Origin: Octopus sinensis | Lineage: Eukaryota | NCBI RefSeq assembly: GCF_006345805.1 | Contig: NC_043005.1 | Span: 83,576,001-83,640,000, forward strand | Direction of reading: 5' to 3' | DNA: 64,000 nt | Shown here: in pieces, positions 26,711 through 39,621 of the stretch | How positions within the stretch are numbered: position 1 is the first letter of the stretch | Layout: every line of letters starts with the position of its first letter | Made by a program: the position numbers and the translations under genes | Notes under the pieces: model-generated | Told to the model about the DNA's origin: nothing | The model's database searches: none | The model's input: the letters and a program-made list of their open reading frames with translations, nothing else

Positions 26711-27040
26711 GGTGCATGGTTCAGTGGTTAGAGCGTTGAGCTTACGATCATGAGGTTGTGAGTTCGAATCCTGGACCAGGCTGCATGTTGTGTTCTTGAG
26801 CAAGACACTTTATTTCATGTTGCTCCAGTTCACTCAGCTGTAGAAATTAGTTGCGGTGTCACAGGCGCCAAGCTGTATTGGCCTTTGCCTTTCCCTTGGA
26901 TAACACTGGTGGCATGGAGAGGGAAGCCCGGTATGTATGGGCGACTGCTGGTCTTCCATAAACAAACTTGCCCGGACTTGTGTCTGGAAGGGTAACTTTC
27001 TAGGTGCAATCTGATGGTCAGTCATGACCGAAGGGGGGTC
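26711..27040 (+). mobile_element. SINE family 3 (tRNA head TGGTTCAGTGGTTAGAGCG..GAGTTCGAATCC; TTGAGCAAGACAC..CCAGTTCACTCAGCTG domain)
   Basis: Pol III boxes; related copies at 32095-32340 and 50808-51020 (+), and 9540-9790, 15070-15285, 48400-48570 (-). Confidence 0.8.
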
Positions 27041-27615
27041 TCACTTAATCCTTTTAACACAAACCCACCTGACACCTACCCTGGATCTATAATACAAACT
27101 CCCTGTTTTAAAAGGATTTAAATTAAAACCGTCTACTAAAATTTCATGTTAATCTATGTTCTAAACACCAGCTTAATAATGAAAAAGTTATTTTACAAAA
27201 TTCTTTGTTATTTTCAAAATTAATTAAAACAATGGCAATGTATTCTAGCAAAAATACCATGACAAATGGATTAATCCTTCTAATGCTAATCTGCCTAAAT
27301 CCACTCCTGGTTAATGATCCTGTTTTAAAGCATTCAGGCATGGCTATGACATTAAGAAGTTTGCTTCCCAGTCATATGGTTTCAGGTTTTGTCCCACAAC
27401 ATGACACCTTGGGACAAGTGTCTTCTACTATAGTCCTGGGATGATCAAAGCCTTGTGGTGGTAATGGTGGTATCTTTCAGTTATTTTCATGTCTTTTTCA
27501 CCAAATATATATTTTCTTAGGTTATAATAAACGACCTGTCACAAATAACTCATGCTAGATTTATCAATTTTTTTTCTTCTATATAACTCAGTCACAAGAA
27601 AGTGGGAGTAGCATC

Positions 27616-27855
27616 CCTGTTCTTTATGCCTTCAAAACTTGTAGGAGAGGATGAGGATGATGTAAGAAACCATACTGGAGTAGAAAGCAAATTACAATAT
27701 CAAGACCCGTTTTGATTGCTTGCTATCAAAGGAAACCTGTTCTTTATGCCTTCAAAACTTGTAGGAGAGGATGAGGATGATGTAAGAAACCATACTGGAG
27801 TAGAAAGCAAATTACAATATCAAGACCCGTTTTGATTGCTCGCTATCAAAGGAAA
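27616..27855. repeat. 120-bp direct tandem duplication
   Basis: 27616-27735 and 27736-27855 are identical except T27721/C27841. Confidence 0.95.
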
Positions 27856-27901
27856 CTCCCCTAAAGACACCCAAGGATTAAGTGGTGGTATTGGATTGGG
27901 T

Positions 27902-28138
27902 TAAGGCGGTGAGCTGGCAGAAATGTTAGCACGCTGAGCGAAATGCTTAGCGGTATTTCATCTGCTGTTACGTTCTAAGTTCAAATTCCGCCAAGGTCCA
28001 CTTTACCTTTCTTCCTTTTGGGGTTGATTAAATAAGTACCAGTTACGCACTGGGGTCGATATAATCGACAATCCGTTTGTCTGTCCTTGTTCTGTTCGTC
28101 CCCTTTGTGTTTAGCCCCTTGTGAGTAGTAAAGAAATA
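27902..28138 (+). mobile_element. SINE family 1, monomer
   Basis: 15-bp TSD GGTATTGGATTGGGT at 27887-27901 and 28139-28153; other copies near 2066-2293, 10953-11186, 31454-31686 and 63811-63960. Confidence 0.85.
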
Positions 28139-28209
28139 GGTATTGGATTGGGTGATAGATGAAATCTTTTACCCAAACTACATCACAAATTTCAAATCAA
28201 ATCACTTAC

Positions 28210-28352
28210 TTGTCATATGTATCCATGGCTCGAATCCATTTACAAAGACCCTCACAAGCTGTTGAGGCAACTTTGATTTTTTCAGGATCAAAATCTGGGT
28301 TTGCAATATACTTGCTCCGGATTGTCTTCATGATTGCTGGACTAATGTTATC
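28210..28352 (-). CDS. DNAH7: Exon 14 (DNISP...FDPEKIKVASTACEGLCKWIRAM)
   Basis: Manual translation. ttag acceptor, GTAAG donor, 143 nt, phase 0-2. Confidence 0.93.
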
Positions 28353-28517
28353 CTAAAGCAAAGAAAATCACATCAGATAACATTTGAATTTTAAGCTTCT
28401 TGTTTAATACTTATAAATACCAAACTGTGTACTTACTCTCAGCAGAGTTTTCTAGCATTTTCTCTATTTTAATCAAATATTTAATCTTCTACTTCTAAGA
28501 AAGAAGATTTGATTCAC

Positions 28518-28890
28518 GCAGGAGTGGCTGTGTGGTAAGTAGCTTGCTTACCAACCACATAGTTCCAGGTTCAGTCCCACTGCGTGGCACCTTGGGCAAG
28601 TGTCTTCTACTATAGCTTTAGGCCGACCAAAGCCTTGTGAGTGGATTTGGTAGACAGAAACTGAAAGAAGCCCATCGTATATATGTATATGTGTGTTTAT
28701 GTGTCTGTGTTTGTCCCCCACAACATCGCTTGACAATTGATGCTGTTGTGTTTACGTCCCCGTAACTTAGCGGTTCAGTAAATAAGTACTAGGCTTACAA
28801 AGAATAAGTCCTGGGATCATTTTGTTTTACAAAAGGTGGTGCTCCAGCATGGCCGCAGTCAAATGACTGAAACAAGTAAAAGAGAGTAAA
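28518..28890 (+). mobile_element. SINE family 2 (tRNA-like head TGGCTGTGTGGTAAG..GGTTCAGTCCC, internal (TA/TG)n, GACTGAAACAAGTAAAAGAG tail)
   Basis: A- and B-box-like motifs; near-identical copies at about 30596-30995, 41199-41583, 56488-56958 (+) and 8865-9238, 49790-50160, 54470-54860 (-). Confidence 0.85.
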
Positions 28891-29370
28891 AGCGCAAGTA
28901 AAAGAGTATCTATCATTGCCATCATTTTAATGTCCCCTTTTCCATGCTTGTGTGAGTCAGATGGAATTCACTGGGGCAGACTTTCTGCAGCCAAATATCC
29001 TTCCTGTCGCCAATTCTCACCTGTTTCCAAGCACTGTAATATTAGCCCCTTCTTCCTTTTCTCTTTTTATTTTTCTGCTTTCTTTTCTTTTTCACCCTCT
29101 TTTCTTTTCTTCATTTTCTTTTTTCTTTACCTTTTGTTTCTCCTGTGTAGTATGTGTGTGTGTGTGTGTGTGAGTGTGCATGCATGCACACACATGCACA
29201 ATGCTCATAAATTCCATAATTTCTTTCAGGTGTAACATACTTGAAGATCCTCTGCACCCACAGATATAACTCAGAGTAGCCAGAGACTAGCTGGATAAAA
29301 ATTTAAATATTACTAATCTTTACTATCGTACTGTGTACCCTTTCTTCTGACAGTAAACACTAAATGGGTA

Positions 29371-29591
29371 TGTGAGGGAGTACTGAAAAGTTCCTGATTT
29401 TAAGGGTATTGTGAAAGGCCTGGTTGGAGGTCATACCCTCTCAGTTTCTTTACAGGGCTTAGAAAAACTAGAAAACCACTGCAATAAATGTGTGAATCTA
29501 AGAGGAGAATATATTTGATAAAATCATAATTAACTGATCCTCCTGTATTTTCTTTTATCCAAAGCCAGGAATTTTTCAATATACCCTCGTG
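29371..29591. mobile_element. Mariner-type MITE (same family as 12982-13198)
   Basis: Colinear similarity to 12982-13198 with GAGGG..CTGAAAAGTTCCTG termini. Confidence 0.65.
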
Positions 29592-30155
29592 TGTAAATAT
29601 GTGTGTGTGTGTGTGTATATTTATATATATGGGTCATCTGTAGAGATGAGGTTAACAGTCCATAAAATATCATGAGCTTATAAACAACAAGCTCAAAACA
29701 TTTCTCCAGAAAGAAAAGTGTTTGGAACATTGGTTCTTTCATCCCTCAATTGAAAATTAGCTCATTTGGCAAATTGTTAAAGCATTGGACAGGCTGCCTT
29801 AGGTTATTTGCTCAAATTTTATGAAATTCATGTTTAAATCTGGCTTCTTCTGTCTGGAGTTGTGACTGACAATAGTATCAGCAATTTGGAAAAACACAAA
29901 TGGAAACCGAGATTTCTCAGTTCAATCAGAAATTGACTGCCTCCACCATCAAGAGACATCATGGATTAACTTTTGTTGAAACAGATGTTGTTGTGGCTTT
30001 GAAATCTGGTTTTTACCTTATTTAGACATTGCATTTTTTTGGTCATTATCATTTGTTCTCTGAAATTTTTCAAAACATTGTCAAAAGAAATCTAAATCTA
30101 AACTAAAAAAAGAAAATAGGAAAAATCTGATTAAATAAAGTTGATAATTAATTAC

Positions 30156-30359
30156 CTTATTAAACGTGTGAAGACTTTCCAGAAACTTCATATCTCCTAG
30201 AACACGTTTTGATGGTGGCCAATAGTCTTCTATTTTCTTACCAGATCCAGAAGGGTCAGGAACTCTATCAGGTTTTATTCCTTTAATGACACAGACAGCT
30301 TCCATTACCAGACGTACCAGCCAAGGTGGATTGTTCATGGATTTTACCAGAGTAATATC
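30156..30359 (-). CDS. DNAH7: Exon 13 (DITLVKSMNNPP...VMEAVC...EDYW; microtubule-binding domain)
   Basis: ctcag acceptor, GTAAT donor, 204 nt, phase 0-0. Confidence 0.95.
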
Positions 30360-31217
30360 CTGAGAAGAAATTGAAGAATTTTTTAACACCATAGGATTCA
30401 TATTTTAATCACCATCATCATTATCTTTTAACATCCATTGACAAGAACTGGTAAGGCCAGAGGCTGCACCAGATTTTATAGTTTTGGCTTGGCTTCTAAA
30501 GCTGGATGCCCTTCCAAATGCCAATAACTTTACAAAGTGTACTGGATGCTTTTTACATGGCACCAGCACCAGTGCTTTTTACATGGCACCATCACGCAGG
30601 AGTGGCTGTGTGGTAAGTAACTTGCTTACCAACCACATGGTTCCCAGTTCAGTCCCACTGTGTGGCACCTTGGGCAAGTGTCTTCTACTATAGCCTCGGG
30701 CCGACCAAAGCCTTGTGAGTGGATTTGGTAGATGGAAACTGAAAAGAAGCCCATCGTATATATGTATAGGTATATATATATAAGCGTGTGTATTTGTGTG
30801 TCTGTGTTTGTCCCCCCAACATCGCTTGGCAACCGATGCTGGTGTGATTACATCCCCATAACTTAGCGGTTTGGCAAAACAGACCGATAGAATGAGTACT
30901 ATGCTTACAAAGAATAAGTCCAGGGGTCGATTTGCTCGACTAAAGGTGGTGCTCCAGCATGGTTGCAGTCAAATGACTGAAACAAGTAAAAGAGTAAAAA
31001 GAGAGAGAGAGAGTAATACTTTTTACATGGCACCATCACCAATGTATTTTGTGTGGTACCAACACCAATTCTTCTTTTTTTTTTACAGTAGTAGTTAAAT
31101 GTTTTAGCCATGGACATGTTACACATCAAAGACAAAATACAAACTGCCATCATCTCAGCTCATTGTTAAGCACCCTACTGATAAGATTAATTGCAAAGAA
31201 AGTAATGGCATGTTTAC

Positions 31218-31358
31218 CTGTGGAGTTAGTGTATCCAGGGCAGCTAGAGCTTGGTTTAATGCAGGCATGGCTTTAGCGAGATCATTGTTGCATTCATCTT
31301 TAATGCCTTTAGCATTAATAGCATGTTCATTAGCTACAACTTCATCTGCTTTCACAAT
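31218..31358 (-). CDS. DNAH7: Exon 12 (IVKADE...ECNNDLAKAMPAL...ALDTL)
   Basis: ttcag acceptor, GTAAA donor, 141 nt, phase 0-0. Confidence 0.94.
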
Positions 31359-31389
31359 CTGAAAAATATTAATAAGAATCATTTTTATT

Positions 31390-32051
31390 TTCTCTTTATC
31401 ACAGGTTTTGTTGGAACTCCTGGAGTCTTGCACGCATAGTGAACTTATTACCTATTTCTTTACTACCCACAAGGGGCTAAACATAGAGGGGACAAACAAG
31501 GACAGACAAACGGATCAAGTTGATTACATCAACCCCAGTGCGTAACTGGTACTTAATTTATCGACCCTGAAAGGATGAAAGGCAAAGTCGACCTCGGCGG
31601 AATTTGAACTCAAGAACGTAACGACAGACGAAATACGGTTACACATTTCGCCTGGCGTGCTAACGTTTCTGCCAGCTCGCCGCCTTTAGTGAGCTTATTA
31701 CCTGCAGCCTACAGTACCATGCTATTCGTTCTTTTCAGCTATCTGATACTTCCCTGATTATTCTGGCTGTACCAAAGAGGCAAACCTTTTCTAACAGTTT
31801 TACAGGGTACTCTATTCCATTTTCCATTATATTCCTCTTGGTGTCTTCTGATACTGTTCCCAAGAACCCAACAATAATTGGCACTATCTTCACCTTCTTC
31901 ATTTTCCATACTCGGACTATTTCGTACTTAAGAGGGTTGTATCTATCGATCTTTGCACCTTCCTTCTTGACTATTTGTGGGTCAAAGGGGCATGCAACGT
32001 CAACTATATAACATATGTGGTGCACCTTGTCCACCACCAATAGATCTAGTC

Positions 32052-32052
<1 letters not shown>
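31390..32052 (-). mobile_element. 5'-truncated R4/Dong-like RLE non-LTR retrotransposon 3' end, with a nested SINE
   Basis: RLDLLVVDK..C.IVDVACPFD..K..RY.PLKYEI.RVW..VPIIVGFLG..KVCLFGTARIIR is an RLE domain; 5' junction abuts (TAA)n. Confidence 0.8.
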
Positions 32053-32087
<35 letters not shown>

Positions 32088-33726
32088 CATTCTGTGGAGA
32101 TGTGTGGCTTAGTGGTTAGGGTGTCAGCATCATGATCGTAAGATTGTGGTTTTGATTCCTGGACCGAGCGACGCGTTATGTTCTTGAGCAAAACACTTTA
32201 TTTCACATTGCTCCAGTCCACTCAGCTAGCAAAAATGGGTAGCGCTGTGCTGGACTGGCATCCCGTCCAGCTGGGGAACACATATGCCATAGAAACCAGG
32301 AAACCGGGCCCATGAGCCTGGCTAGGCTTTAAAAGGGCGCATTTATTTTTTAATTATTATCATTTCAGCCTTGTGCCTATAGTAGAAAGGATCATTATAA
32401 TAATTATTATTATTATTATTATTCACATCCTTCCAAGTTCAACTTTCTCATTCATCTTTTTCAAGTCAATAAGATAAAATACCAGTCAAGTACTTGCCAG
32501 GTTTGAAAAAATTAAAAAAATAGGTACTTGGGTAAGAATGGAAGACAAAGTTGACATTACAGCACTTTACTCTTCCAGCCTAAAACTTCTACACGTTTAA
32601 TAAAATCTAAATATATTTGAGAAGTAAGATAATTTGCTAATTCCAAAGGGTCAAAGTTCATGAAAATTGAAATATTTCACATCTCTTTTCTTTTATTCAT
32701 TTCAGTCATTAGTCTACGACCATGCTGGAGTACCATCTTGAATTTTAGTCAAACAAATCAACCCAAGTTCTTATTTTTCATTTTTTCAGACCTGGTACTT
32801 ATTCTATCGTTCTCTTATGTGTCAAGCCACCAGGTTACAGGGATGTAAACACACCAACACATGTCATCAAGTGGTGGCGGGGAACAAATACAAATACACA
32901 CACACATACATACAATGGACCTCTATCAGTTTCTCTCTACCAAATCCACTCACAAGGCTTTGGTCAGGCTGAGTTTATAGTAAAAGACACTTGCCCAAGG
33001 TTCCATGCAGTGGGACTAAATCCAGAACTATGTGGCTGGGAAGCAGACTTCTTACCACACAGCCACAACTGTGCCTATATAAACAATTCCAACAAAAGCA
33101 AAGACCTTTTTTTATTTTTACATACCCCAGGTTGTTTTCACATAGCTCAGTAAATATTTCAGATTGTAACATTTGAAAATGATGAAATTTTAAAATTTTG
33201 ACAAATTAAGAATTTATGAATTCCTAACAAAATTCTGATAAGTGTTTTCACACATCAAACCAGCAATCTTCTATATAGTCATACAATCTGCAAGAAAAAA
33301 TAGTCAAACTCCCTCAAATCACAACTTCTCATCTAAAAACAAAAAGGAAGAGCACATTTGATAGTATGCTGTCCTAGGTTCCCTACATCTGAAACTAAGA
33401 TAAGAAGGTCATGGCTGGAATGCCTTTGATCGTAGTTTTGCTTGATCAAACTTAAACCTAGGGTTAAATAACTACAACTTGAAGATTATTGACACTGACA
33501 ATGTTGTGAGGGACATAAAGAACCATTTGTAATGTTAAATTTTGTGACCTTATAAGGTCATAGAATTTAGATTAGTAAAAAAATAATTTTATTATCTTCA
33601 ATATTTTTGTGGATGTGTGTGTGGCAAGTCTTTGTGTTTGTCCTCACAGGACCTGACAAAAAGTACTGGTTTGTTTACATCCTCATTGCTTCATAGTTCA
33701 GCGAAAAAAAGACCCATACAATAAAT

Positions 33727-34143
33727 ACCTATTTCTTTACTACCTACAAGGGGCTAAACACAGAGGGGACAAACAAGGACAGACAAAACGTATTAAGTCG
33801 ATTACATCGACCCCAGTGCATAACTGGTACATAATATATCGATCCTGAAAGGATGAAAGGCAAAGTTGACCTCGGTGCAATTTGAACTCAGAACGTAAAG
33901 ACAGACGAAATACCTATTTCTTTACTACCCACAAGGAGCTAAACAAAAGAGACACAAAAGGACAGACAAATGTATTAAGTCGATTACATCGACCCCATTA
34001 CATAACTGCTACTTAATTTATCGACCCCGAAAGGATGAAAGGCAAAGTCGACCTCAGCAGAATTTGAACAAAGACGTAACGGAAGACGATATACGGCTAT
34101 GCATTTCGCCCAGTGTGCTAACGTTTCTGCCAGCTCGCCGCCT
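33727..34143 (-). mobile_element. SINE family 1, dimeric copy
   Basis: Head at 34143; two tandem bodies joined at AAAGAAATAGGTATTTCGTCTG. Confidence 0.8.
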
Positions 34144-34320
34144 TCAAGATCAAAAAGAATGTGTATCAGGGTCAATTTATTTGACTAGACCCTTGAAAGA
34201 GGTGCCCCAGCATAACTTCAGTCCAGTGACTGAAACAAATAATAAAATAAAATAAAATATAAAATGAATATTTTTTCAAATGTCAGGAAGAAGGATTTGG
34301 TAAAATTAGCAGAAATATAC

Positions 34321-34510
34321 CTTTTCTTTCTTTGCCACTTCAATAGATTCCTTTTCTACAACAATCATGATTTCATCTACTTCCTTGCTAGCAATGACCA
34401 ACAGGGGTTGGAGATCAGTTAACTCCTTCTGCATAATCGACACCTGAGATGCTGCTGAATCCAGCTTCTCTAACCCAACCACGTATCTTTGTCTCTGTAA
34501 AGAAACTTCA
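34321..34510 (-). CDS. DNAH7: Exon 11 (RYVVGLEKL...MQKELTDLQP; stalk coiled coil)
   Basis: Manual translation. tgcag acceptor, GTAT donor, 190 nt, phase 2-0. Confidence 0.93.
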
Positions 34511-35706
34511 CTGCAATGAGAATAATTGATTAAATTTTGTCATTAGAGTAGTCATTAGGGATCAGTGTCATACAATGTAGCTTTATGTTCCTGTAAATTG
34601 TGTTATCATCATCATCATTTAGCATACATTGTCCATGCTGGTATGGGCTGGATGGTTTGACCAGGGCTGGCAAGCTGAATGGCTGCACCAGACTCCAGTC
34701 TGATTTGGCATGGTTTCCACAGCTGAATGCCCTTCATAATGCCAACCACTTTGAGAGAGTAATGGGTGCTTTTACGTGCCACTGGCACAGGTGCCATTTG
34801 CATGACACCGGTATCCACCATGACTGTGATTTTACTTGGCTTCTCAAGCACAACATAATGCCAAAGATCTCAGTCATTGCCTTGAAATGCCATAACACAA
34901 AGCCTATTTTCTTACTGACTGGCTGTTTTACATAATATAGGAATAACATCAGAGTTAATGGAAAAAATAGGATTTGTACTATGAGGTTCCGTGTCATGAC
35001 AAGATTTTCAGGAATACAATGCTTCTATAAAATTCAAAATATGTCTACATTATCAATAGTGTATCATAGACAAAATTGAACATTTTTTAAAATCCATTTT
35101 ATAATAATGATTTCTTTTATGCATGTACATGTGTGGTGACACAATGTTCACAGGCAATAATTTATACACAACACAATGGAATGTGTACAAACTGAACACA
35201 ACTTACATAAGTATCAAACACACATGATATATATATATATACTGTTGGCTTCTTTTAGTTTCCAAATCCACTTTTGTTGCCTTGGGGTTATGATAGAAGA
35301 CATTTGCCCAAGGTGCCATGTCATGTAAGAGAACCTGAAATCATGGTTGAGAAACTTCTAAACCACACAGTCATGCTTGTGTCTACGTGTGAATGTGTGT
35401 GTGTGTGTGTGCGTGGTATATTCTTGTCCTCTGTGAATGTTCACATTCTGCATCTCCACATTAGTAAAATGGTTTTAGTAAAACAGTGGCACTATGTTGA
35501 AATCCTTCACAAACAGATCACCCTCTATCACATCATTTTCAAAGACAAACAGTTTAAAATATCCCTTATTTGAAGAATTGATAAGTGTTAGCAACAGGAA
35601 AGGCATCCAGTTATCAAAAAATGCCTGAATATTAAGTTGTATCCCCCCAATACAAACAAGTAAAAGAAACAGAAGAAAATCAAATGAACTAATCTATCAA
35701 ACTTAC

Positions 35707-35936
35707 GTCTGTTTTTTGTCCAAAAGTAGTTTAAATGTACTGAGAAGTTCCAAATACGATGTTGGGGTAACATAATTGTGTCTCTCAAGTTCTGAAAAAA
35801 ATCTGGCGGACAGATCAGATGTGGTTGTATGGAACAACTGACACATTTCAGTGCACCCATATTTATCATGGTCACCCATTTTTACATCTCCAAGGAAACG
35901 TCTTGCAACAGCCTCTAGGGCATCTTTTGGCCAAGA
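35707..35936 (-). CDS. DNAH7: Exon 10 (SWPKDALEAVARRFL...RHNYVTPTSYLEL)
   Basis: Manual translation. acag acceptor, GTAAG donor, 230 nt, phase 0-2. Confidence 0.93.
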
Positions 35937-38066
35937 CTGTTGTTAAGCAAAGATAAAAAGAAAAAACAAAATGAATAAAAGAATAGAGTTTCTTTTAGAT
36001 CAAAGAAAAATGTTATTTCATTATGAATGATTTTTGTATGGTTGTATAATTAAGAAGCTCTATTTACAGCCACATGATGCAGGATTTAGTCCCAGTGCAT
36101 TGTATCTTCATACTGATAGTTTTTGGGGGTGTTTTTCTTGACCCATAAGGACCAATACTGGAGCATTATTAAGAAAAAACTTTGACATTAAACATTTGCT
36201 CATTAAAATGCAAACAAGTTCAAAGCAAGCTTCAATGACTGTTGTGAAAAGGCATTGTACTGTTGCTGACAATACCAACCTCATACTGCTACTAACACTG
36301 CCAAAATCTTCAAAGAAGCCCAGATCACTGGATGTTAGACTAAAGGCAGATTGATCATGGTTAACAACTTAACTCTTAAAATCCCATAGTACTTTCTCTA
36401 TAGAAATATTTGGTGTTGTATAAACTCTTAAAGTCCTGAAATACTTGCTTTTTTTATAGAAACGATATTTGGCAACATATTAACTTGTAAACTCCTGTCT
36501 TACTTTCCCTACAGAAATCTCTCAGTCCTGTAAGAAACTGAAGATTTTGAAGAAATGCAGTTAGTCCAGTATAAAAATCATAAAAATACAACTACTGCAT
36601 GAATTTGGATGAAATCCACAAATACTATATAATTCACATTGCAAATGTTGTTATGCCCTTTCACCAACCAAGGTGAGTTGAATGTAGTGAAGTTGACTAC
36701 ATGTAAATGTTTTCACATAAATTTACAAGATATTGATTCCTGGGCACTGATTTTCTAATTAGATCATTGATAAATAAATAATAATATTTCGTTTTGGGAT
36801 TTGGTTTGCAAGATTCTTTATATGAGTTCGTGTGTTGAAGCATATTCTGTTGTGTCTGGGGAGAGTCATTTTCTTTTTGTGCCTTATTATTTAACACACT
36901 CACCGGTAAAATTTCCACTTATTTCTTATTTTCATTTTCCTAAAATTTTCGTTGTGTCTTGCAACCTTTTCAATAGTTTTGACTCTGTCCGTTATTTACA
37001 CTGCGTTCCCTTTTGTTTGTTTGTGCGCATGTGTGTGGGTCAGTGTGTGTGTGTGTACCTATACATGCATAATAATAAATAAACCTTTAATAAATGATGT
37101 CAGAATTCTAATCACCAGTAAGCTTGAAAATTAAGGAAAAAGAAAAACACCCAGAAATATTTACTTCATAAAACACAAAAGAATAAACACACATGAATTT
37201 TGATGAATTTTGACAAGATTTATTTTCTAAAATGAGATCAAGCTTTTGTTTCTTGCACAGAAGAATACATAGTTCCAGTTTTTGACCCCTAAAACAATAA
37301 CATTTGTTGCCACTGGCACTGATGAGGTTGCCAAATAATTGCAAGACAGAGAAAAAAATCCTGTTGGCTGAGTGGGGTTGTAGTAGAGAGAGAAGTGGCT
37401 TTATGCTAGGTGTTGGGGTGGCTAAAGTAAGACAGAGGTACAGGGACAGCTGTTTTGCTGGAGAAGAGATATATGGCTCCCAGCATCATATAAAGATAGA
37501 GGCGAGTAGCTAGAAATAAGATGATGATATGGTGACAAGGTGTCCAAGCAATTTCTCAAGATACATGAAGGTGAATGTAAGACAGAATGCAAACAAAGAA
37601 CTTTTAAGTGGTTCAGCATTTGGTGACAGTTGTGGAAATCTGCAATTATGGAATTTTAAGACTTAATGGATGTGTCAAGTTCACATCTGCTGCCTTTAAA
37701 CAACCCTAACAATATGTTAGTAAACATTCATAATTATAAATCCATCAACAAACGTTCCAGGGAGTTGTTTGTTCCCTAGTTTGCAATATGACAGACACAG
37801 ACAGTGTGTCATTAACTAGCTGGAGGAGGTGTCCCCCTGGGGTTAAAAAGAGTAGTAACAGTGTTCTGTATGGAACAACCACACTGAGGTGGTAACAACC
37901 ATTACTTTTTATAGTAATGTCTTGGAGAAAATATTCAGTGATGCCTGCTGCATGTAAAATTAATAACATAATTAGCACTAGCATAAGAAATTATAAGTGA
38001 TGAGAATTACCTGGTTTATTAGATCAAATGAGCAAGTGTGTGAAAATAGAAGAGCAGTAATTTTAC

Positions 38067-38247
38067 CTGGAACCAATCAATTGTGCAACAATTGACTAAT
38101 GAAGGGAATTTTCGTAGTCTATTACGGAAAGAATCCCCAATGGGACTCATTGCCAAAACAATATGAAGTTGATCTCGTACACGCTGAATGAAGAAGTTAA
38201 ACAACGCAACAGGTGAGCCATCTGTTTGTTTCATTTTGTCTCGTTGC
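38067..38247 (-). CDS. DNAH7: Exon 9 (QRDKMKQTDGSP...LHIVLAMSPIGD...NCCTIDWFQ)
   Basis: tgcag acceptor, GTAAA donor, 181 nt, phase 2-0. Confidence 0.95.
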
Positions 38248-38474
38248 CTGCAAGAAAAAAGAGAAAGAAATGTTTTCAAACTGGGAATATATTTACCTTA
38301 AAAATAAGTTTATAAATTTATAGGTGAAGGCATGGCAGTTGGCATGAAGCTTGCTTCCCAACCACATGGTTCTGGGTTCAGTCCCACTGTGTGGCACATT
38401 GGGCCAACCAAAGCCTTGTGAGTGGATTTGGTAGACAGAAACTGAAAGGAGCCTGTTGTGTGTATATGAGGCAA

Positions 38475-39068
38475 GTGAAAATCAAATCAAATCGAAACAA
38501 ATCAAAATAGATGAACATAAATGGAATTTGTATCTTTGTGGTACCAGTGCCGGTGGCACACAAGAAAATCATCCGAACGTGGCCGTAGCCAGTACCGCAT
38601 AGACTGGCCTCCATGCTTTGGGGACGTAACAAACACCATCCGATCGTGGCCGTCCGCCAGCCTCATCTGGCACTGTGTCGGTGGCACATAAAACACCATC
38701 CGAGCGTGGCCGTCTGCCAGCCTCGTCTGGCACCTGCCAGCCTCATCTGGCACCTGTGTCGGTGGCACATAAAAACACCATCCGAGCGTGGCCGTATGCC
38801 AGCCTCGTCTGGCACCTGTGTCGGTGGCACATAAACACCATCCGAGCGTGGCCGTTCGCCAGCCTCGTCTGGCACCTGTGTCGGTGGCACATAAAATCAC
38901 CCACTACACTCTCGGAGTGGTTGGCGTTAGGAGGGCATCCAGCTGTAGAAACACTGCCAGATCTGATGGCTGGTCAGCCTTCGGGCTCCCCAGACCCCAG
39001 TTGAACCGTCCAACCCATGCTAGCATGGAAAAGGACGCTAAATGATGATGATGATGATGATGTGATGA
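38475..39068 (+). mobile_element. SINE-like family 4 with (TGA)n tail and internal ~60-bp tandem array
   Basis: 3' module GTTGGCGTTAGG..GGGCATCCAGCTGTAGAAA..CATGCTAGCATGGAAA..(TGA)n is shared with copies at 411-742, 21110-21393, 43225-43548, 44725-45050 and 49388-49545. Confidence 0.8.
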
Positions 39069-39069
39069 T

Positions 39070-39101
<32 letters not shown>

Positions 39102-39515
39102 CGTGTGTGTGTGTGTGTGGTGTGTGTGTGTGTGTGTGTGTTGTGTGAGTGTGTCTTTGTGTGTGTATTTGTTCCCCACCAAAGTTTGATTTGCCAGTGT
39201 TGGTGTGTTTATATCCCTATGACTTAATGATTTGGCAAAAGAGACTGATAGAATAAGTACCAGGCTTAAAAACAAAGTACTAGGGTTGATTCATTCGATT
39301 GAAAATTCTTCATGGTGGTGCCCCAGTATGGCCACAGTCTAATGACTGGAACAAGTAAAAGATAAAGAATAAAGATGTAAGGATGAGGTATTGTGATAAT
39401 TTACATTACAGACTATCTCAATACCATTTTTTATTTATGAGTTGTTGTTTAGCTCAAAGTAAATCTTCATCTCATCTCTAATCATGACAATTCCAATTTA
39501 TATTTTCAGACTCAC

Positions 39516-39532
39516 AGAGAGAGAGAGAGAGG

Positions 39533-39612
<80 letters not shown>

Positions 39613-39621
39613 GAGAGAGAG
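39516..39621. repeat. (GA)n microsatellite
   Basis: Direct inspection. Confidence 0.97.

Noticed and set aside
26711-26785. tRNA gene candidates (also 22015-22085 and 32095-32165)
   Set aside because: A and B boxes are present, but each runs into a SINE body, and I saw no complete cloverleaf or terminator.
37317-37350. CTGATGAG motif suggesting a hammerhead (also on the minus strand near 40285-40315)
   Set aside because: No GAAA after stem II and no stem I or III; it is part of a dispersed repeat.
38631-38895. CRISPR-like array of palindromic repeats
   Set aside because: Units are contiguous with no unique spacers, there are no cas genes, and the array lies inside a eukaryotic SINE-like element.
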